64,000 bases of DNA from Candidatus Omnitrophota bacterium (GCA_963828495.1 CAWHFJ010000009.1:106338-170337), one strand, 5' to 3'. Positions 18,079 to 27,113 are shown, numbered from the stretch's first letter. Notes: a model not told the origin generated them from the sequence alone. Numbers and translations: made by a program.

Positions 18079-19542
18079 TCAAAACAATTTCATCTGCGCG
18101 GCATCCGGATCTTTTTTAGGTGCCTGGCGCTTCGCGGCTTCATAGGCCTTTAATTCTTCGGCAATGTCTGCCAGATACTTTGAGGGGTTTTGGATAAGCG
18201 TTTGGCCGAATAATTGCCTCCGCCTCGCATGAGTCAAATATAACTGCTCACGAGCGCGGGTCATCCCCACATAAAAGAGGCGGCGTTCTTCCGGTACCTC
18301 GCCTTTCATGCCTATTAAATCCAGCGGCAACAGATTGTCTTCACAGCCCACTATAAACACAATCGGAAACTCTAAACCTTTGGCCGCGTGCAAGCTCATC
18401 AGGGAAACCTTCTCGACATTATATTCTATTTGTTCTTCATTTTGACCCAACACATTTTCATCCGAGTAAACTTCGGATCTCTGGACTTTTTGAGAAATTT
18501 GATAAGGGACCCCCAGATATTCCAGTGCCTTACTCAAAATATGACTCTGGGCATTAAGTCTGTATAAAACAGCTATGTCGCCCAAACTATGCCGTGCCCG
18601 ACGGCTGGTGGTCATGTCAAAACCGCCTATCAATTTCTCGATTGTGTGCGCCACATAATCGGCCTCTGAACGGTCCGTAGCCGCAGCATGGATCACTAAT
18701 TTCCCCTCGGTGTCAAGCTTGGCTAACAGCTCCAGGCCTCCCATGACCTGACCTGAGGCGGCCAAAAGACTTGGGGCACTGCGGTAATTCTCCTGCAGGG
18801 TCAGGACCTGTGCAGGGGGAAAATCTTCCTGAAAACGGCGGAATAATTCCACCCGGCTGCCGCGAAAGCCGTAGATAGATTGATTGGCATCCCCAATAGC
18901 TGTTAATAAAACACCTTCGCGGGCTAATATTTTAAGCAGCGCATTCTGTATGATGTTGCTGTCCTGATACTCATCGATGAAAATATAACGGTATTGACGA
19001 CGCAGTTGCCCCGCAATATTTTCATCTTCCAAGAGCAACAAAGCCTCACGTAAAATATCGTCAAAATCAATCCAGCTTTTTTGGCGCAGATAGGACTGAT
19101 AGGCCTTGTAGGCCCCTTTATATGCCTCGTTGGGGTCAATGGCTAATTGAGATGATTTCATCCGACTGATGCGCTCAAGTGTTTCTTTGTCAAAACCCGT
19201 AATATCCTGCGGCCATGCAACTTTAAAATCTTTGGGCAAAGCTGTGTGCTCAAAATAATCCCTCAATAATTTCAGGCAAAAACTATGAAATGTCCCGACA
19301 AACAACTGTGCAGAGTTAACCCCCAGGGCCGTCAGTCTGTCCTGCATTTGGCCCGCAGCCTTATTGGTAAAAGTAATGGCCAAGACTTTTTCGCCGGACT
19401 TTAAAGCAGGGATGATATGGGCCACGCGATGGGTCAAGGTATGCGTCTTACCCGTGCCGGGGCCCGCGGTGATCAATAAATGTGAACCCGTGTGCCTAAC
19501 CGCCTGCCATTGGGATTCGTTTAAATCTGTGGGTCGTTGCAT
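18079..19542 (-). CDS. short UvrD/PcrA-family superfamily 1 DNA helicase
   Basis: Walker A AGPGTGKTH, motif II FIDEYQDSN, plus motifs LQENYRS and VGMTRARE. At 487 aa it is shorter than canonical UvrD. Confidence 0.88.
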   Translation of the reverse strand: MQRPTDLNESQWQAVRHTGSHLLITAGPGTGKTHTLTHRVAHIIPALKSGEKVLAITFTNKAAGQMQDRLTALGVNSAQLFVGTFHSFCLKLLRDYFEHTALPKDFKVAWPQDITGFDKETLERISRMKSSQLAIDPNEAYKGAYKAYQSYLRQKSWIDFDDILREALLLLEDENIAGQLRRQYRYIFIDEYQDSNIIQNALLKILAREGVLLTAIGDANQSIYGFRGSRVELFRRFQEDFPPAQVLTLQENYRSAPSLLAASGQVMGGLELLAKLDTEGKLVIHAAATDRSEADYVAHTIEKLIGGFDMTTSRRARHSLGDIAVLYRLNAQSHILSKALEYLGVPYQISQKVQRSEVYSDENVLGQNEEQIEYNVEKVSLMSLHAAKGLEFPIVFIVGCEDNLLPLDLIGMKGEVPEERRLFYVGMTRAREQLYLTHARRRQLFGQTLIQNPSKYLADIAEELKAYEAAKRQAPKKDPDAAQMKLF

Positions 19543-19554
19543 AATAATATCACC

Positions 19555-20847
19555 CTAAAACAGCGACATTTGTTTGTCTATGCGCTGGCGCTCGCCGGAG
19601 CTAAAAATCTTGATCGTGCCAAATTCTCCGTCGTAGCCAGCGGCAATTTCTACCTTGCCCTGGCGCATGCGATTGACCCCTTCAGCCAGCACATCGCCGG
19701 CCACACGCCGGATATCCTCCACAGGACACTCTAAAAGAATGGTAAACTCATTGCCCAATTGAGCCAAAATATTCATGTACGCCTCTTGCACCGCTTTGCC
19801 GGCCGCGCCCACATCTTTGGCTTCGGCAATCAACTCAGGCAGAGGCACAATATTTTTAAACGGCCGCCAACGTTTGGATTTCTCCCCTTCCGGCCGGTCA
19901 GCCAATATTTCCACACGGCTCATAACACCGACGGTGACAGGCTTGCCGCAAACAGAACAAACGCCTTTATGTTGTATCGTCTCCTTAGGATGCCAGCGCA
20001 CTTGGCAGGCACGGTGGCCGTCAAAATGATATTTACCTTCCTCGGGGAAAAATTCAAGGGTTGATTGCAACCCTTTATCGTTTTTATCGCTCAACGCTTG
20101 ATAAATACCGTCATAAGAAAAATCCGTGTCAAAAATATTGGCCTCGCGCCCCAGTTTGGCGGGCGAATGCGCATCTGAATTGGATATTAAAATAAAATCA
20201 TCCAATCCTTTGAGCCGCCAGTTCATCGGCGGGTCAGAAGACAACCCTGTCTCCACGGCAAAAATATGTCCGGTCAAATCGCCAAAGGCGTCCGTCATGC
20301 TGTCAAATCCGCCCATGGAGCCGAACGCTGAAAACCACGGTGTCCAGATATGCGCCGGCACAAATAAATTTCTGGCGTCTGCCTCAAGGGTCAGCTTCAA
20401 CAGGTCATAAGAATCCAGCCCCAAAATAGGACGGCCGTCAGAAGCAATATTGCCGATGTCTCCCAGTTTTTTCTGGATTTTGCGGGCGGCTTCAAAAGAT
20501 GGGGAAAAAATCAAATTGTGCACCTTGCGCACTTTCCCCAACTTAGGACGCTTATAAATATTGGAAATCTCGACAGTGAGCATAAAGCGCACATCCCCCC
20601 GGCAACTTTTAGGAATTTGAGCGTTGATGGGCTTGGCATATTTTTCTTTAAGTTTAAATAGCCCCTCTTCGGCAGGCTCCAGCTTTTCCTGTAATTCCTT
20701 AAACCATTGGGGATGCACAAAATCCCCTGTGCCGATGACATGAATGCCTTTATATTGGGCCCACAGGTAAAGATTTTCGAGATCAGAATTTTTAGCAGTG
20801 GCGCGGGAATATTTGGAATGGACGTGCAGGTCAGCGATAAATTTCAT
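19555..20847 (-). CDS. PHP-domain plus zinc-ribbon protein of the endonuclease Q-like type
   Basis: N-terminal PHP motif ADLHVHSKYSRA, a later SNSDAHS motif, and a zinc ribbon CSVCGKPVTVGV. Family assignment is from memory. Confidence 0.65.
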   Translation of the reverse strand: MKFIADLHVHSKYSRATAKNSDLENLYLWAQYKGIHVIGTGDFVHPQWFKELQEKLEPAEEGLFKLKEKYAKPINAQIPKSCRGDVRFMLTVEISNIYKRPKLGKVRKVHNLIFSPSFEAARKIQKKLGDIGNIASDGRPILGLDSYDLLKLTLEADARNLFVPAHIWTPWFSAFGSMGGFDSMTDAFGDLTGHIFAVETGLSSDPPMNWRLKGLDDFILISNSDAHSPAKLGREANIFDTDFSYDGIYQALSDKNDKGLQSTLEFFPEEGKYHFDGHRACQVRWHPKETIQHKGVCSVCGKPVTVGVMSRVEILADRPEGEKSKRWRPFKNIVPLPELIAEAKDVGAAGKAVQEAYMNILAQLGNEFTILLECPVEDIRRVAGDVLAEGVNRMRQGKVEIAAGYDGEFGTIKIFSSGERQRIDKQMSLF

Positions 20848-20867
20848 GAGAGGTAGTATATCAAAAA

Positions 20868-23351
20868 TCAGACCACAATGCTCACAAGTTTATTAGGCAC
20901 CACAATAAACTTCTTAATAACGGCGTCTTGCACGTATTTCATCACATTGGCATCCGCCAAACAGAGCTTGCGTAAATCTTCCTGCGGCATATCCGGCGCA
21001 AGTTGTATCTGAGCGCGGACGCGGCCATTGACCTGAACCGCCATCACGATGGTACTGGTTTTAAGCGCGTTTTCATCAAAGGTGGGCCAGGCCACATGGG
21101 CGATGGTGGCCTCAGACTTGCCCATCATCTGCCAGATCTCTTCACTGATATGCGGGGCAAACGGCGCTAACAACAGCACTAATGTTTCAATGGCCTGATT
21201 AAGCAAAAGCCGTCTATCCGGTTTATCGGACTGGGCATACGGGTATTTATCAATCGCATTGGCCAAGACCATCAGGTGGCTGATAGCCGTATTAAATTTA
21301 TACCCTTCTTCAAAAGACTGAGTGACTAATTTAATAGCTTTATTGCGTTCTAATTCCAATTTCTGATCCTCGGGATCCTGAGCATTGAGAGCCCCGGCCT
21401 CCTTGCCCCTATAGTACCTGTCTTCGACCATACGATAAATACGATTGAGGAATTTCCACGATCCTTCTAATCCGCTGTCATTCCATTCCAATTGATCTTC
21501 CGGCGGTGCGGCAAACAAAATGAACAAACGCAGCGTATCTGCCCCGTATCGGGAGAGCACTTCATCCGGGTCAACCGTATTGCCGCGGGACTTGGACATC
21601 ACCTCACCGTCTTTGAGCACCATCCCCTGGGTCAACAGGCGCACAAAAGGCTCCTGGGTCTGGACCAACCCCAAATCTTTAAGGAATTTGGTAAAAAACC
21701 GTGCGTACAATAAATGTAAAATCGCATGCTCAATGCCGCCGACATATTGGTCCACCGGCATCCAGTATTTAGCTTCGTTTTCGTCAAATATTTTCTTATT
21801 GTTATGCGCGGAACAAAACCGCAAAAAATACCAGGACGAATCAAAGAATGTCGCCATGGTATCTGTTTCCCGCCGGGCTTTAAGGCCGCACTTGGGACAG
21901 ACACACTCCACGAAAGAACTCACACGCGCCAAAGGTGATCCTCCCTGCCCGGTCACCTGCACATCCTGCGGTAACACAACCGGCAATCGATCCTCCGCTA
22001 CAGGGACAATACCGCAAACCGGGCAATAAATCATGGGGATCGGTGTCCCCCAATAACGTTGCCGGGAAATCAACCAATCGCGCAAACGCCAATGAATGCT
22101 GATTTTCCCCCAACCTTTGGCCTGCATCCATTCGGCAATTGTCTTTTTGGCCTCTTCATTAGATGTGCCATCAAAATCCCCGCAGTGGACCAACCGGCCC
22201 TCTTCTTCATACGCTTGGGTCATTGTATCGACGGTCATATGAGGATTTCCAGGGTCTTCAATCACTATGCGCATAGGCAACTGATGATTTTTAGCAAATT
22301 CAAAATCACGCTGGTCATGGGTGGGCACCGCCATGATGGCGCCGGTGCCGTATTCCATCAACACATAATCACCGATAAAAATGGGGATCGCCTCTCCATT
22401 AACAGGATTGATGGCATAGCGTCCGGTAAAGACACCGTCCTTGCGCTGATCACCGGACATACGCAAAGATTTACTTTTATTCGCTGTTTCTTTAATAAAA
22501 TCCAGGGTTTGTTTTTCCTGCGGGGTCTTTGCGGTCAGCTTTTTGACTAAAGGATGTTCCGGGGCCAACACGACATAGGTGGCACCGAAAATCGTATCCG
22601 CTCTCGTGGTAAAAACGCTGATAGTATCCGGCATATCTTTGACTTTAAAGAAAATCTCTACGCCATAACTTTTGCCGATCCAGTTTTCCTGCATGGCGCG
22701 TACACGCGAAGGCCATTGCTCTAATTTTTTTAAATCCTCCAGAAGGCTGGGCGCATATTGCGTGATCTTTAAATACCATTGCTCCAGGTCTTTTTGCACA
22801 ACCGCCGTCCTGCAGCGCCAGCAATTGCCGTCAATCACTTCTTCATTGGCCAAGGTCGTCTCACAGTCAGGACACCAATTGACCGACGAGGCTTTCTTAT
22901 AGGCCAGCCCTTGTTCAAACATCTTGATAAAAATCCACTGGTTCCATTGATAATAGGCGGCGTCACATGTGGAAAGTTCGCGGCCCCAGTCATAGGAAAA
23001 CCCCATCTTCTTTAATTCATCATGCATCTGGGTTATACAACGCCGTGTCCATTCGGCAGGATTTGTTTTGTTTTTGATGGCGGCATTTTCCGCCGGCTGG
23101 CCAAAAGCATCGTAGCCGATAGGATGAAGGACGTTAAATCCTTTCATCATTTTATACCGGGCTATCACATCTGTGATCGTGTAATTGCGCACATGCCCCA
23201 TGTGAATTTTTCCCGACGGATAGGGAAACATTTCCAACACGTAATATTTAGGCTTGGCAGAATCTGCCTTGACATAGAAGGTCTTGCGGGCTTCCCAAAA
23301 CTTCTGCCACTTGCTTTCAATATTTTTGATATCGTTGGTGGTATAAGGCAT
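20868..23351 (-). CDS. leuS: leucine--tRNA ligase
   Basis: HIGH-type motif (PSGKIHMGH), KMSKS-type motif (VMSKSRGN) and a CP1 editing domain. Length 827 aa. Confidence 0.97.
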   Translation of the reverse strand: MPYTTNDIKNIESKWQKFWEARKTFYVKADSAKPKYYVLEMFPYPSGKIHMGHVRNYTITDVIARYKMMKGFNVLHPIGYDAFGQPAENAAIKNKTNPAEWTRRCITQMHDELKKMGFSYDWGRELSTCDAAYYQWNQWIFIKMFEQGLAYKKASSVNWCPDCETTLANEEVIDGNCWRCRTAVVQKDLEQWYLKITQYAPSLLEDLKKLEQWPSRVRAMQENWIGKSYGVEIFFKVKDMPDTISVFTTRADTIFGATYVVLAPEHPLVKKLTAKTPQEKQTLDFIKETANKSKSLRMSGDQRKDGVFTGRYAINPVNGEAIPIFIGDYVLMEYGTGAIMAVPTHDQRDFEFAKNHQLPMRIVIEDPGNPHMTVDTMTQAYEEEGRLVHCGDFDGTSNEEAKKTIAEWMQAKGWGKISIHWRLRDWLISRQRYWGTPIPMIYCPVCGIVPVAEDRLPVVLPQDVQVTGQGGSPLARVSSFVECVCPKCGLKARRETDTMATFFDSSWYFLRFCSAHNNKKIFDENEAKYWMPVDQYVGGIEHAILHLLYARFFTKFLKDLGLVQTQEPFVRLLTQGMVLKDGEVMSKSRGNTVDPDEVLSRYGADTLRLFILFAAPPEDQLEWNDSGLEGSWKFLNRIYRMVEDRYYRGKEAGALNAQDPEDQKLELERNKAIKLVTQSFEEGYKFNTAISHLMVLANAIDKYPYAQSDKPDRRLLLNQAIETLVLLLAPFAPHISEEIWQMMGKSEATIAHVAWPTFDENALKTSTIVMAVQVNGRVRAQIQLAPDMPQEDLRKLCLADANVMKYVQDAVIKKFIVVPNKLVSIVV

Positions 23352-23361
23352 GTGCCCTCGC

Positions 23362-23399
23362 TATAAAAACAGAAGGGGATTAGTCTTTAGCCAATCCCC
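23362..23399 (-). terminator. stem-loop with T-rich tail between speH and leuS
   Basis: On the minus strand GGGGATT-N11-AATCCCC is followed by TTCTGTTTTTAT. The plus-strand sense also ends in TTTTT. Confidence 0.45.
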
Positions 23400-23467
23400 C
23401 TTTTTAAGAATTATTGTTGAGATCCTTCGCCTGTTAGCTTAAGGATGACTTTAACGTTACGTTAAAG

Positions 23468-23887
23468 TCACTTGTGCACCAGTTCTTTAATTGTGCCCGC
23501 AGTCTCTTGGTAATAACTTAACCCGCGTTCGACAAACTGCGCCTGCACCCTTTTGGGACCAAAAAAACTGCGGCAAAACTCTTCCGCTTTTTTACGGTCA
23601 AAAGCGCGGCAGCAATAAATATCCACCGTGATAAAGTCTTTGGGCGTCAAGGTATGGATGACAATGGAGCTTTCGATCAATGGCACCCATCCGGAAAGGC
23701 CGGCTTTATCAGGAAAACGCACCCCATCGGATCTAAAAATCGCCGGAGGCGCCTGCTTTTCCATCCCTAAAAACCCGACAATCTCGTCGAGAAAATTGTA
23801 ACACAACGTTAAATCGTCACACACACCTGGCTTGCAATCATAAAGATCGAGCAGGAGCTCATAGCCGAATACTGCAGATTTGTTCAT
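23468..23887 (-). CDS. speH: S-adenosylmethionine decarboxylase proenzyme (small bacterial class)
   Basis: AdoMetDC fold with the self-cleavage site LIESSIVIHT. Length 139 aa. Confidence 0.85.
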   Translation of the reverse strand: MNKSAVFGYELLLDLYDCKPGVCDDLTLCYNFLDEIVGFLGMEKQAPPAIFRSDGVRFPDKAGLSGWVPLIESSIVIHTLTPKDFITVDIYCCRAFDRKKAEEFCRSFFGPKRVQAQFVERGLSYYQETAGTIKELVHK

Positions 23888-24104
23888 TTTATAGGCCGTC
23901 CTTTTTTACGCTTTAGTCCTCCGGTAGAAATGGAATATTATACAAAAATCCCCCATAAATAAAAGAAATATTTTAGAGCCCCCCAAACTATTGGGAACTG
24001 TAGTATTTTATAACAAAATTGGGCCTGTAAATAATAAATTTATAAAATTATAGGCATGCCCAAATTGACTTTTTTCGATGAAATGGATACGCGATGAACA
24101 TGAC

Positions 24105-24773
24105 TTAGGCATCCGGCGGCACAACAACCTCAAAACCTTCTGCCAGGCGCTGATAATAAACGCCTCCCCAGACAAAATAATTAACTCCGTCAGCCATCAC
24201 TATCTGATAATCCGGGGGGAGATAATCAACCACGGCACCAACGACAGGGCCAATAGTCACTAATTGATCCCCCTCTTGCTGATAAAAAACACCCTCGCTA
24301 TAAAAGTATGTTTGGCCATCTACCACGACCTCCTCTAAGTCATCCGGGACAACAATAGCAGGGCTTACAGGAATGTAGGTGACCCTCTCCTCATAATATT
24401 TATACAAATCTCTATCGTAATTACGCTGTGGGTACTGCCCACGATGTTGGGGCTCAACGCGTACCGGCCCTGCTACATTCATAGGCACTTCATGCTGAGG
24501 CGGCCCTACCCGATGCTGGGGCGGCTCTACCCGATGCTGGGGCTCAACGCGTACCGGCCCTGCTACATTCATAGGCGCTTCGTGCTGGGGTAGCTGCACA
24601 CGACGTTGGGGCTCAACGCGTACCGGCGGTACTACATTCATATGGACTTGATGTGGTAGGGGCTGCATGCCTGCATTTTCCCAAGAGGCATAAGCCGGTA
24701 CTGATGCGCCTGCGAGAAGGGCCGTAAAGAACAGTGTGCTAAACACCGTGTTGATATTTTTTATGGGTTTCAT
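24105..24773 (-). CDS. secreted protein with tandem Pro/Gln/His-rich repeats and a Tyr-rich C-terminal domain
   Basis: Signal peptide MKPIKNINTVFSTLFFTALLAGASVPAYA (start at ATG 24773 with a GGGAGG RBS). The repeat MNVAGPVRVEPQHR occurs about three times. No family recognised. Confidence 0.7.
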   Translation of the reverse strand: MKPIKNINTVFSTLFFTALLAGASVPAYASWENAGMQPLPHQVHMNVVPPVRVEPQRRVQLPQHEAPMNVAGPVRVEPQHRVEPPQHRVGPPQHEVPMNVAGPVRVEPQHRGQYPQRNYDRDLYKYYEERVTYIPVSPAIVVPDDLEEVVVDGQTYFYSEGVFYQQEGDQLVTIGPVVGAVVDYLPPDYQIVMADGVNYFVWGGVYYQRLAEGFEVVVPPDA

Positions 24774-24846
24774 GGTTGCCTCCCTGCCCCGCTGGGCTCT
24801 TCCCATCCTTCACCCATTTAGACACTAAAAACCCCTTGAAAGTTCC

Positions 24847-26704
24847 CTATTTTCTTAAATAGATCATCAACAGCACAATAGCCGCCGGAGTCATCCCGGA
24901 AATCCGGTTAGCCTGACCTAACGTAATGGGATTAAAACGGTTAAGCTTCTCTGTGATTTCTTTGGAAAGTCCGGGGATCCTGTTAAAATCAAAGCCCGGC
25001 GGTATCCGGATATATTCAATATGCTTAAACTTTTCCACTTCCTTGTGTTGACGGCGGATAAAACCTTCATACTTAATTTCATATTCGACCTGAGCGATCA
25101 CCTGCCGGCCTAATTTTTCCAGCGTCCCGTCAAAGCCCGCAATCATATCATAAGTAATTTCCGGCCTTTTGAGCAAATCATAGAGTGAAATCGACTGCTT
25201 CAGAGGCGCACTGTCTACCTTTTTAAGAATGTCATCCAGTAATGTCCCCGGAGGGATCTTTGTTAAACGTAAATGTTCTATTTCCTTCTCAATGGCCGCG
25301 TATTTGGCCGTAACTTGATCATAATCTTGGGGTAACAAAAGTCCCAGGTGATGCCCGTATTGCGCCAGACGTTTGTCTGCATTGTCCTCGCGCACGATCA
25401 GGCGATACTCCACCCTCGATGTAAACATGCGATAAGGCTCCTCGGTCCCGCGAGTGACCAAATCATCAATCAACACTCCGATATAAGATTCATGGCGGCC
25501 TAAAATAAGCGGCTCTTTGTCTTGAACTTGCAAAGCGGCATTGATCCCGGCGACCAGGCCCTGGGCAGCGGCTTCTTCATAACCGGTTGTCCCGTTAATC
25601 TGGCCTGCTAAAAACAAGCCCTTGATTTTCTTGGTTTCCAATGTCGGCTTTAATTCCGTCGCCGGCACCACCCCATGCTCAATAGAATAGCCGGGACGGA
25701 CAATCACGGCTTGCCCAAGTCCGGGGATGGAGTGGACCATCTCTTCCTGCACATGGGCCGGAAGACCGGTGGAGATACCGTTAGGATAATACTCAAAAGT
25801 ATCCAACCCTTCGGGCTCCAGAAAAACATGATGCGTAGGCTTGTCCGCGAATTTCTTTAATTTATCTTCAATGGAGGGACAATACCGTACGCCGGTGGCC
25901 TTAATCTGACCGGAATACATCGGGGAGAGATGAAAATTCGCCCGGATAATGTCATGGGTGCGTTGGGTCGTATGCGTAATATGGCAAGATAAAAGTTTTC
26001 GTTCTTTGGGAATAAAAGGCGTTCTAAAAGAAAACGGCACAATAGGATCGTCAGACGCCTGGTACTCCATACCCGTAAAATCAATGGTACGTCCATCCAG
26101 GCGCGGGGGTGTGCCGGTCTTAAACATCATGATCTGGAAGCCCAGATCGCGGATACAGCGGGCCAAGCGTATGGATGCCTGTTCATTGATACGGCCGCCG
26201 GAGGTAATCTGTGGCTCCGATATGGATGCGCCCGTCTAAAAAAGTGCCTGTGGCGATAATCACCGTCGGGGCTTCTACATGCAAACCACTAACGGTCTTA
26301 ATACCCTTAACTTGTCCCCCGGCCACCAGAAGATCACAGACTTCATCTTCAATAACAGTCAAATGCGGCTGATTTAAGACCACATGTTGCATATACAAAC
26401 GGTATTGCTTGCGGTCTGCCTGGCAGCGGGACGAACGCACCGCCTGGCCTTTGGAGGCATTTAATTGCCTAAATTGGATCCCTGTGCGGTCGGCGGCCAG
26501 ACCCATTTCCCCGCCTAAAGCATCGATCTCTTTGACTAACTGGCCTTTGCCGACACCTCCGATGGCGGGATTACAGCTCATCTGTCCGATGGTGTCACGG
26601 CTCAAGGTCACCATGGCCGTCGCAAGGCCCATGCGGGCTGGCGCTAAAGCCGCCTCAATGCCGGCATGTCCGGCGCCTATAACGATGCAATCAAATGAAT
26701 TCAT
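24847..26704 (-). pseudogene. mnmG: tRNA uridine 5-carboxymethylaminomethyl modification enzyme MnmG, split by one frameshift (ORFs 26183..26704 and 24847..26166)
   Basis: The N-terminal fragment carries the FAD motif VIGAGHAGIEAA. The C-terminal fragment carries KTGTPPRLD. The shifted frame reads through the junction as ITSGGRINEQASIRLARCIRDLGF. Confidence 0.9.
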
Positions 26705-26744
26705 AAGGGAACTAAAATAGCGCGAATAACGACGATTGTCAACA

Positions 26745-26955
26745 TGAACGCGTTAGTACTAGAACGGGATAAATTTATTCTTTTCGCTCCTGTCATCGTT
26801 TTCTTAACGCCAAAAATTCTTATGCTGGTTCGGTGCTCAAACAAGTTTGACCATTTAAGACCGAAGTCTTAAATACCCTCACCATCATAAGTTTTTTGGC
26901 TAAAAACGATCAGTCGCTTCAAAGAACAAATTTATCCCGTACAATGCACGCGTCT
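26745..26955 (+). repeat. family D long imperfect palindrome, copy 1
   Basis: The two arms GGGATAAATTTATTCTTT.. and ..AAAGAACAAATTTATCCC pair over ~85 bp around the tip hairpin TTTAAGAC-CGAA-GTCTTAAA (26854..26873). Homologous to 52757..53005. Confidence 0.7.
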
Positions 26956-27113
26956 ATTCGGTCATTGTGTTTTCTTCGAAGGTAGTAGAAGGCTGATTTG
27001 GCATGGTCCACCTTCGCCTAGATGGCGGTGGCAAATCAGCCTGGAGACTAGCGAAGCCGCATCGCTGGATGCGGCGAGCGTGCCTGAGAAGGAAATACAA
27101 TGGCCGAATAGAC
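26952..27113 (+). repeat. family A terminal-inverted-repeat element, copy 2 (full length, 162 nt)
   Basis: TIRs are GTCTATTCGGTCATTGT (26952..26968) and ACAATGGCCGAATAGAC (27097..27113). The interior is nearly identical to 14147..14283 and to the reverse complement of 52556..52717. Confidence 0.75.

Noticed and set aside
18079-20847. The UvrD-like helicase plus nuclease pair as a Gabija-like or other anti-phage defence system.
   Set aside because: The partner is a PHP/zinc-ribbon EndoQ-type protein, not an OLD/TOPRIM ATPase. The context is housekeeping (leuS, comEA/EC, clpB). There are no mobile-element or defence-island hallmarks.
24847-26704. An alternative genetic code or programmed recoding as the explanation for the split genes (mnmG, folC and others).
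   Set aside because: The interruptions are frame changes, not in-frame stops. TGA, TAA and TAG all terminate well-supported genes here. The sites share no slippery motif and mostly sit at short homopolymers, which fits indel errors or ordinary pseudogenes.
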